From assembly GCA_002338125.1 (NCBI GenBank), contig DDHN01000008.1, positions 113,094-176,152 of the forward strand: DNA of 63,059 nucleotides. The letters run 5' to 3'. How positions within the stretch are numbered: position 1 is the stretch's first letter; every line of letters begins with the position of its first letter. This document shows, piece after piece, positions 10,401 to 15,618 of this stretch. Under the pieces are notes generated by a model. It was not told the origin of the DNA, did not search any database, and saw only the letters and a program-made list of their open reading frames with translations. A program made the position numbers and the translations under genes. The DNA comes from Patescibacteria group bacterium UBA1875. Its GTDB lineage: Bacteria > Patescibacteriota > CPR2 > UBA1875.

Positions 10401-10955
10401 AAGATAAGGGCCTTACGGGTTGATAATATTGCTGATATTAATATTGCCAGCAATGGTAAGGGGGTAGTTTTAGGAGGGGTAGTTGTTCAGATTCAAAAAA
10501 TATTAACTAGAAAAAACGATCCAATGGCATTCATCCGCTTTGAAGATAAAACTGGCTCTACCGAGTTAATTGTATTCCCAAATACGCTTGAAAAATACCA
10601 ACATTTGATTGTAGAGGGAAAGATACTTTATGTTCGGGGGAAAATTAACAATAAAGACAACCAGCTTAAAGTATTAGTAGATTCGATAGAGGATTTAAAA
10701 ATTAAAGAAGCTAATAACAATGAAACTGTGAATACAAATTTTGTTCACGTTGATGACGTTGCTACAATAATAGTTCCGGAGGGAGTGACTGATACTGATT
10801 TAACGGCTTTGAAGGTTCTTTTAGCTACTCATAAAGGGGATACGGACACATATGTTGTTTTGCCTGGGAACGGTAAAATTAAAATGCCTTTTGGAATTGA
10901 TTTTTCGAACGGAATTACCGACGATATTAATGCTTTACTTTCAAGAAGGGGTTAA
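7476..10955 (+). CDS. dnaE: DNA polymerase III alpha subunit
   Basis: 1159 aa. N-terminal PHP domain (FVHLHVHTHYSLLDG), a polymerase core and a C-terminal OB-fold region. GAGGAG SD. Confidence 0.95.
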   Translation: MSQSIKSNKLVKGGFVHLHVHTHYSLLDGMCKIPQLLDRAKDYGMPAVAITDHGVMYGVVEFLKEARARGIKPIIGCEVYIAPRGMRDKTPKIDTNPSHLVLLAKNEIGYKNLMEMVTEAHLEGYYYKPRIDKELLSKKFEGLIALSSCLHSEIATNLLEKNEKKAQKVLDFYKNLFGDDFYIELQFNPGLPEQDIANKKLLKLAKKNNVKVVASKDVHYIDKDDREAHDALICVQTGKMVSDEDRMRFNSDQSFLSPQEMADAFKDVPEAITNTLEVAEKCEFGDNYKLPFADEKKILIPKFDIPKGKTKRQYLEALVSKGLTQRYKKITKAIKDRAAYELEVIERMKFEDYFLIVADFVNWAKGQGILVGPGRGSAAGSVVSYALGIVDLDPLKYDLLFERFLNPDRISMPDIDMDFADDRRSEVIEYTVEKYGKDKVAQIITFGTMAARNAVRDTGRVLGMSYAEVDEVAKAIPSNIPLAVSVKEVPELAAFYNQGGNYKKLLDLAQRLEGVARHSSTHAAGVVVAQEPLVEFTPLQKAVKGDVSWQTQYEMHAIEDLGLLKMDFLGLSNLTILKNALRIIKKVYGKEINLYELPDDDKKTYKLMSQGETTGVFQLESSGMKRYLKELKPSCFEDVIAMVAMYRPGPLKSGMVDEFIERKHGKRKVTYPHPLMENALSDTYGVIIYQEQVMQLSKDMAGFTGGQADTLRKAMGKKIKDLMAKLKVEFIEGCVKNKIDKKIAVKTFEDMEKFAEYGFNKSHAACYAQIAYWTAYLKAHFPSAFMAALLTSDYSDIDRIAIEISEAQAMGIEVLGPDVNESFSEFGVAKDSGQIRYGLIAIKNVGNGIVEAILDARKEGGKFTGIEDFCMRVKAEEVNKKVMEALIKSGAFDSLSDRSKLLYNLDKILAFTQKVQKGAIDGQMGLFGEEAKNQVAFHLELIEPEEELTTEEKLAFEKELLGIYFSEHPLDAHQDKIRALRVDNIADINIASNGKGVVLGGVVVQIQKILTRKNDPMAFIRFEDKTGSTELIVFPNTLEKYQHLIVEGKILYVRGKINNKDNQLKVLVDSIEDLKIKEANNNETVNTNFVHVDDVATIIVPEGVTDTDLTALKVLLATHKGDTDTYVVLPGNGKIKMPFGIDFSNGITDDINALLSRRG

Positions 10956-10977
10956 TAACCATAAAAAGAAAAAAGTA

Positions 10978-11006
10978 TTGACTTATATGCAATATTTTGG
11001 TATATT
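10978..11006 (+). promoter_or_regulatory. Sigma70-type promoter of island 1
   Basis: TTGACT (10978-10983), a 17-nt spacer, then TATATT (11001-11006) with an upstream TG (extended -10). Confidence 0.6.
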
Positions 11007-11013
11007 ATAGCGC

Positions 11014-11055
11014 ATCCGCTTCGGTGGATTGAACAATTTTCGACCTGTTAGGTCG
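11014..11055 (+). promoter_or_regulatory. Island 1 5' leader with two short hairpins
   Basis: ATCCGC-UUCG-GTGGAT (11014-11029) and CGACC-TGTTA-GGTCG (11041-11055). An AAGGAG SD lies at 11083-11088. Confidence 0.5.
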
Positions 11056-11093
11056 TTTGAACATTGAAAACATACCTAGTCTAAGGAGATATC

Positions 11094-11306
11094 ATGCGTT
11101 TTGCACTTCTTCCGCTTCTAGCAGCATCGATCATGCTCTTGGTGGGTATTGTCTTGTGTACAGATTGGAGGCCAGTTTCAAGGCTATTCAAGTCTCTGTA
11201 TCAAGACATTACTAATCCTAACCCGCTTTTCCCGGGACCATTCACTCGGTTCACGGGTATCATGCTTGGAACAGACATCGGCGAAGAGTCCAAGAAAGGA
11301 AGGTGA
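11094..11306 (+). CDS. Island 1 ORF-a: 70-aa protein with an N-terminal signal/anchor helix
   Basis: An AAGGAG SD lies 5 nt upstream of the ATG. The N-terminus (MRFALLPLLAASIMLLVGIVLC) is hydrophobic. No family recognised. Confidence 0.55.
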   Translation: MRFALLPLLAASIMLLVGIVLCTDWRPVSRLFKSLYQDITNPNPLFPGPFTRFTGIMLGTDIGEESKKGR

Positions 11307-11382
11307 AGGCGATGTATTTGGGTCCGTAACATTTCCTCATCGTTTGCGACAGAAAGGAAAACAACGATGAGGGAGGGGCAAC

Positions 11383-11652
11383 ATGAAGGGTTCAAGGTTC
11401 GACCATCGGGGTTACGAGATTTATCGCAACCCAGTTCCGGTAGAAATACTGGAAGAGATCGAAGGTAAGTTGACTCCTAGGGAGACAACTGGCTACGAGT
11501 TCGTTGTCTATCATGACGGTCTGCCGCTAGACATCAATGTCACGGCTCTTAATCGTCATCTTGGCCTCAAAGAGGTCAAGGAGTGGATCGATAGGCAGTT
11601 TGCAACACAAGCCGCAGCCGAGACCGACATTGTGTCGGCTCAGTCGAACTAG
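11383..11652 (+). CDS. Island 1 ORF-b: 89-aa soluble hypothetical protein
   Basis: A GAGGGAGGGG SD (11369-11378) precedes the ATG. No family recognised. Confidence 0.55.
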   Translation: MKGSRFDHRGYEIYRNPVPVEILEEIEGKLTPRETTGYEFVVYHDGLPLDINVTALNRHLGLKEVKEWIDRQFATQAAAETDIVSAQSN

Positions 11653-11661
11653 GGGAGGCAG

Positions 11662-12123
11662 ATGATGAAAACGGAAGAGAAGGTCGCATTTCTTGCCGAG
11701 ATGATCGAGGACTTCAATGCCCACGGTTGTCCAGGAAAGGCAGATACCGACAAGGGTCTCCACTATGCAAGGGAGATCATCGACTCGCTCCATCATTGCG
11801 AAAAGCCTGAGGAAGGGGCCGTATATCTCATTACGGCTCTTAGCTTCAAGGCCATTGTCGCGATGGAGGCAGGCTGCCATGCTGATGCGGCAGACTGTCC
11901 TTGTTTCGAAAGCTGCTACGTGTGGACACACGCAGCAGCTGCCAACCCATCCCGATCAATAGTCTCTCTGGTTAGCAAAGGGAGACGCTGCGAGATGGGT
12001 AATGTCGAGTGTTCACTGAACCTCGACAACCCTGGCCGAAGGCATCGTGAGAGCGAATCGCTTCTGGATGTTGATAAGGCCATGGCCGAGAGCTATGTTC
12101 CCGAATCCGGGGCGGCGTGGTAG
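11662..12123 (+). CDS. Island 1 ORF-c: 153-aa Cys/His-rich hypothetical protein
   Basis: A GGGGAGG SD (11652-11658) overlaps the ORF-b stop. It has 8 Cys, including HGC, HHC, GCH and DCPCFESC. Confidence 0.6.
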   Translation: MMKTEEKVAFLAEMIEDFNAHGCPGKADTDKGLHYAREIIDSLHHCEKPEEGAVYLITALSFKAIVAMEAGCHADAADCPCFESCYVWTHAAAANPSRSIVSLVSKGRRCEMGNVECSLNLDNPGRRHRESESLLDVDKAMAESYVPESGAAW

Positions 12124-12125
12124 CG

Positions 12126-12359
12126 ATGAACATAGAAATCATCGCCATGTGTATGGGTCGTGAGGGAACGGTTCTGCACGAGCCGTACACAGCAGCGAAT
12201 GTTGCTGCTGGTATCGTCCGTTCCGGTGGACGTGTCCTCGGAGTCGTCAAGTCAAACGTCGAAGGGGAGCCGATATTCCGGAAAACGGTAGAAATCGGTT
12301 CACCAGAAGAGATCAAGGAGTTCATTCTCGCTTTCTCAGGAGCTGAGGAGGGGGCATGA
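12126..12359 (+). CDS. Island 1 ORF-d: 77-aa hypothetical protein
   Basis: The ATG lies 2 nt after the ORF-c stop (an alternative GTG is at 12117). The stop overlaps the ORF-e start (ATGA). Confidence 0.5.
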   Translation: MNIEIIAMCMGREGTVLHEPYTAANVAAGIVRSGGRVLGVVKSNVEGEPIFRKTVEIGSPEEIKEFILAFSGAEEGA

Positions 12360-12565
12360 AGTGGTTCTGGGGTATCGTCTCCTTGGCAGTAATAACCTTA
12401 ATCGGTTTCGCTGCTGTTTGGGACCCAACCATTAGAGAGGCCGTAAGCGTTATTGCCTACTTGGCAATGGTTGCTGGCTTCTGGTGGATGGGGGTGAAAT
12501 TTGTTGGTCTTTGCGACGAAGTGAAGGCTAACAGTTTCGCAGCTTTCCATCGTGACAAGGACTAG
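12356..12565 (+). CDS. Island 1 ORF-e: 69-aa two-TM membrane protein
   Basis: A GAGGAGGGGG SD lies immediately upstream. There are two hydrophobic helices (FWGIVSLAVITLIGFAAVW and AVSVIAYLAMVAGFWWMGVKFVGL). Confidence 0.6.
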   Translation: MKWFWGIVSLAVITLIGFAAVWDPTIREAVSVIAYLAMVAGFWWMGVKFVGLCDEVKANSFAAFHRDKD

Positions 12566-12820
12566 GTGTTATCAGGCTCTGTTTCATACAGAGACAGCAC
12601 CTACTAGCAGATTGACTTCCGGGTAATACCTGGAGGCCGGATGCAGAGGGGGTTTTAGAGTTGTGAGCCCCTGCATCCGGCCGGTACTGGTCGTGCCAAC
12701 CCGTTCTCACAACGGGTACGACACTAAGGTACCGGTCGGTCTCCGAGTTAAAAACTCGGTCTGCGTCTAGGGATGACAGTTTTGCTTTGCGCGGCAAGGC
12801 TGTTATCCCTGATCATTCTA
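12566..12820 (+). ncRNA. Hairpin-dense non-coding 3' region of island 1 (candidate structured RNA)
   Basis: Six consecutive stable helices: 12577-12593, 12616-12636, 12636-12681, 12681-12735 (three stacked segments), 12743-12759 and 12769-12810. There is no plausible ORF with an SD. Confidence 0.45.
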
Positions 12821-12856
12821 CGGGCCCCAGTCTTCGGACGGGGCCCGTTCACTTTT
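12821..12856 (+). terminator. Island 1 rho-independent terminator
   Basis: CGGGCCCC-A-GTC-UUCG-GAC-GGGGCCCG (11-bp stem, UUCG loop) followed by TTCACTTTT. Confidence 0.75.
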
Positions 12857-12862
12857 AAAATA

Positions 12863-12891
12863 TTGACGAAAGTTTGTTTTTTTGATAATAT
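12863..12891 (+). promoter_or_regulatory. rplS promoter
   Basis: TTGACG, a 17-nt spacer, then TAATAT. The ATG is only about 12 nt downstream of the -10 and has no SD. Confidence 0.5.
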
Positions 12892-12903
12892 CTTCTGGCA
12901 ACT

Positions 12904-13626
12904 ATGAATACGCAATTATTAGAAAAAATAGAAAAAAGCCAGCTCAAGAAAGTTCCGGAAGTTCGTCCCGGTGATCTTGTTCGTGTTCATCAAAAGATTA
13001 AAGAAGGCAAAAAAGAAAGAATTCAGATATTTGAAGGAGTCGTTTTAAGGGTTAGGGGCGGTGGTCTTAGAAAATCTTTTATAGTAAGAAAGATATCCTT
13101 TGGTATTGGGGTTGAAAAGAGTTTCCTAATGCATGCTCCTAATATTATTAAAGTTGAAATCAAGAAAAGAGCGAAGGTCAGAAGGGCCTATTTGACTTAC
13201 CTTAGAAGACTGACGGGGAAAAAGGCTCGTCTTAAAGATGAACAATTTGATTCTTTGGTAGTAAATGTAGAGCCAGAGCCAATCGAAACTGATAAAGAAT
13301 CCGAAAAGGGAGAAAAAACCTCTGATAGTGAGATTGCTGAAATCGATCCAGCAAAAACAGCTAATGTGGAAGTAGTTGAAGTCCCTTTATCGGAAGTAGA
13401 AAAAGAAGAGATAAAACAAGCAGAAGCTGAAGATGAGACAAAAGAAGGTCTAGATGAAGATGATCATCAAAAAATCGAGATTGAAGAAGTAGAAAAAGGT
13501 ATCGAAGAGGCCGAAAAAGATCTAGAAAAAGGCAAGACTAAAAAAACCGATCAAGCCGAAAAAGAAAAAGAAGACATTTCCCAAGAAGAAATTAAAGAAG
13601 AAATAAAAGAAGAAAAAGAGGCTTAA
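12904..13626 (+). CDS. rplS: Ribosomal protein L19 with a long acidic C-terminal extension
   Basis: L19 core (RPGDLVRVHQKIKEGKKERIQIFEGVVL...), followed by about 125 Glu/Lys-rich residues. Confidence 0.9.
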   Translation: MNTQLLEKIEKSQLKKVPEVRPGDLVRVHQKIKEGKKERIQIFEGVVLRVRGGGLRKSFIVRKISFGIGVEKSFLMHAPNIIKVEIKKRAKVRRAYLTYLRRLTGKKARLKDEQFDSLVVNVEPEPIETDKESEKGEKTSDSEIAEIDPAKTANVEVVEVPLSEVEKEEIKQAEAEDETKEGLDEDDHQKIEIEEVEKGIEEAEKDLEKGKTKKTDQAEKEKEDISQEEIKEEIKEEKEA

Positions 13627-13628
13627 TA

Positions 13629-13654
13629 AAAGAACCGCAAGAAGCGGTTCTTTT
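13629..13654 (+). terminator. Terminator after rplS
   Basis: AGAACCGC-AAGAA-GCGGTTCT hairpin followed by TTTT. It is fused to TGATATAAT. Confidence 0.65.
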
Positions 13655-13668
13655 GATATAATCAAAAG

Positions 13669-14262
13669 ATGTTAAAACCTCATCTTGTATACGAGAAAAA
13701 AAATTGGCAAGTCGGGAAGATTGTTTGTGGGCTTGATGAGGTGGGTCGTGGTTGTGTAGCTGGTCCGGTTGTCGCTGCGGCTGTTGTGTTTGCGGAAGGG
13801 CATAACCCGCATAAAGATATTAGGGATTCTAAAACTCTTTCTGCAAAGAAAAGAGAAGAGCTTTTTGAATATATTCTTGTTGAGGCTTTTGATTATGGCA
13901 TTGGACTTGTCCCAGCAAGCGTAGTCGATAGTATTGGTATTAATGATTCTTGTAAAAAAGCAATGCATCTTGCGGTAAAAATGTTGAAAATAAAACCAGA
14001 TTGTTTGCTAATTGATGCAATCTCCTTACAATCAAAAATTCCTCAAATTTCTCTAATAAAAGGAGACACGATTTGCTACTCTATTTCGGCTGCTTCTATT
14101 GTTGCTAAAGTCTTTCGAGATAGAATTGTTGCCGGTCTTGATAATAGATATCCAGAATATGGTTTTTCAAGCCATAAAGGGTATGGTACAGCCAAGCATT
14201 TTGAAGCTATTAAAAAATATGGCTATACAAATGAACATCGCCAAACTTTTTTAAAAAAATGA
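13669..14262 (+). CDS. rnhB: Ribonuclease HII
   Basis: GLDEVGRGCVAGPVVAAAVV active-site region. 197 aa. Confidence 0.9.
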   Translation: MLKPHLVYEKKNWQVGKIVCGLDEVGRGCVAGPVVAAAVVFAEGHNPHKDIRDSKTLSAKKREELFEYILVEAFDYGIGLVPASVVDSIGINDSCKKAMHLAVKMLKIKPDCLLIDAISLQSKIPQISLIKGDTICYSISAASIVAKVFRDRIVAGLDNRYPEYGFSSHKGYGTAKHFEAIKKYGYTNEHRQTFLKK

Positions 14263-14280
14263 TTTTTAGCCAAAGAAAAC

Positions 14281-14349
14281 TTGACTATACAAAGTTTAAT
14301 TGATATAATTTATTTACTTGTCGAGCGGATCCCGGTCGACATTTTTCTT
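14281..14349 (+). promoter_or_regulatory. nusA promoter plus a terminator-like leader hairpin
   Basis: TTGACT, a 17-nt spacer, then TATAAT (14304-14309, TG-extended). This is followed by GTCGA..CGG-ATC-CCG..TCGAC (14320-14340) and then ATTTTTCTT. Confidence 0.5.
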
Positions 14350-14375
14350 GAAAAATATAAAAGAATGGAGAATTC

Positions 14376-15554
14376 ATGCAAACTCAATTTACGCAAGCAA
14401 TAGAACAGATTTGTGAAGAAAAAAATATTGCCAAAGATACAGTAATGGAAGCTGTTGAAGCGGCTTTAGCTGCTGCATATAAAAAAGATTATGGCGAAAA
14501 AGATCAAGAAGTCCGAGTAAAAATTAATGAGGGTTCAGGAGCAATCGAGGTTTTTGTCGAGAAAGAAGTTGTTGAAGAAGTCGAGAATCCAAACATGCAG
14601 ATTGCCTTAACTGCTGCCTCTAAGTTGAAAAAAGATATTAAGATCGGCGACACAATCGAAGTAATGGACTTACCAGCTGATTTCGGACGAATCGCAGCCC
14701 AAACTGCTAAACAGGTAATTGTCCAAAGGATTAGAGAAGCCGAAAGAGACATGGTTTTTTCAGAATATAAAGACAAGGAAGGCGAGATTGTCAGCTGTAT
14801 TGTTCAGCGAATAGAGGGTGATACGGTGATTTGTGACCTTGGTAAGGCTAGCGCTGTTCTTTATCGCAACGAGCAGATCCCAGGAGAACGATATTATCCG
14901 AATCAACGTTTTCGGGTATATATAGTTAAGGTGGAGCAAACTGCCAGAGGCCCTCAAATCGTTGTTTCCAGATCTCATCCAGGTGTTGTTAAGAAGCTTT
15001 TTGAATCTGAGGTGCCAGAAATTGCTACTGGTACAGTTGAGATTAAGGGTGTGGCGAGAGAAGCCGGAGGTCGAACAAAGATAGCTGTAGCCACTTCGGC
15101 AGATGGTGTTGATCCAGTAGGTTCATTTGTTGGACAGCGGGGTATCCGAGTTCAGTCGGTTATGAATGAAATAGGCGGTGAAAAGATTGATATTATTCTA
15201 TGGGATGAGGACCCAAAGATATATATTGAAAATGCCTTATCACCGGCGAAAATCACTGAAATTAATATAGATGAAAAAGAACAAAAGGCAATTATAAAAG
15301 TGCCTGAGGATCAGCTTTCATTGGCTATCGGCAAACAAGGGCAAAATGTTCGGTTGGCGGCGAAGCTTACTGGTTGGAATATTGATATAGAAGGAACGGA
15401 TATTTCGGGTATCGAAGGTGTTGAAGAAGCTGCTAAAACCCTGAGAAGAAAAGAAGACAAAACGGACTTAGAGGCAGCAATTATCGAAGCTGCTGCAAAG
15501 CAAAGTAATGCCGAAAAAGTTGAATCTTCCAATGAAGAAGAGAAGCCTAATTAG
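14376..15554 (+). CDS. nusA: Transcription termination/antitermination factor NusA
   Basis: 392 aa with an N-terminal domain, an S1 domain and two KH domains (LAIGKQGQNVRLAAKLTGW). GGAG SD. Confidence 0.9.
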   Translation: MQTQFTQAIEQICEEKNIAKDTVMEAVEAALAAAYKKDYGEKDQEVRVKINEGSGAIEVFVEKEVVEEVENPNMQIALTAASKLKKDIKIGDTIEVMDLPADFGRIAAQTAKQVIVQRIREAERDMVFSEYKDKEGEIVSCIVQRIEGDTVICDLGKASAVLYRNEQIPGERYYPNQRFRVYIVKVEQTARGPQIVVSRSHPGVVKKLFESEVPEIATGTVEIKGVAREAGGRTKIAVATSADGVDPVGSFVGQRGIRVQSVMNEIGGEKIDIILWDEDPKIYIENALSPAKITEINIDEKEQKAIIKVPEDQLSLAIGKQGQNVRLAAKLTGWNIDIEGTDISGIEGVEEAAKTLRRKEDKTDLEAAIIEAAAKQSNAEKVESSNEEEKPN

Positions 15555-15618
15555 TGCATCTTGACGATTAAAAATTATTTAGAAAGTGATATTGTATATC
15601 TCTGAAAGCGAGGTTTAA

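Larger units (their letters stand above)
11012..12856 (+). other. GC-rich orphan-gene island 1 (five ORFs plus a structured 3' RNA region)
   Basis: G+C jumps from about 37% to about 52% (hand count 31/60 at 11381-11440). The ORFs use C/G-ending codons and are Arg-rich. The island is bounded by its own promoter and a GC-stem terminator. Confidence 0.75.

Noticed and set aside
11149-11370. Alternative-frame plus-strand ORF (73 aa, TTG start) overlapping island 1 ORF-a
   Set aside because: It has no SD and a non-ATG start, and it overlaps an ORF that has a strong AAGGAG-ATG and a signal-like N-terminus. I keep it only as a possible hairpin-unmasking frame, not as a gene call.
11527-12325. Long minus-strand ORFs inside island 1 (11527-11931, 134 aa, and 11972-12325, 117 aa)
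   Set aside because: GC-rich DNA yields long antisense frames by chance. These have no SD and no coupling, and they would run against the promoter and terminator polarity. The plus-strand ORFs have strong SDs and start/stop coupling.
12528-12797. Minus-strand 89-aa ORF covering the island 1 3' region
   Set aside because: It coincides exactly with the stacked hairpins, where palindromic sequence keeps both strands open. It has no SD, and its product is Arg/Ser/Cys-rich and low in complexity.
12566-12850. Possibility that the structured region is a known housekeeping RNA (tRNA, tmRNA, RNase P RNA, SRP RNA or 6S)
   Set aside because: I found no cloverleaf or T-loop GGTTCGA with a CCA end. There is no RNase P P4 GAGGAAAGUCC-type block, no SRP domain IV motif and no tmRNA tag frame. 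I cannot exclude other Rfam families without a search.
13260-13626. Repetitive GAA/AAA-rich stretch considered as a tandem repeat or CRISPR-like array
   Set aside because: It is in frame with rplS and encodes a Glu/Lys-rich tail. There are no regular repeat-spacer units. No CRISPR array is present anywhere in the window.
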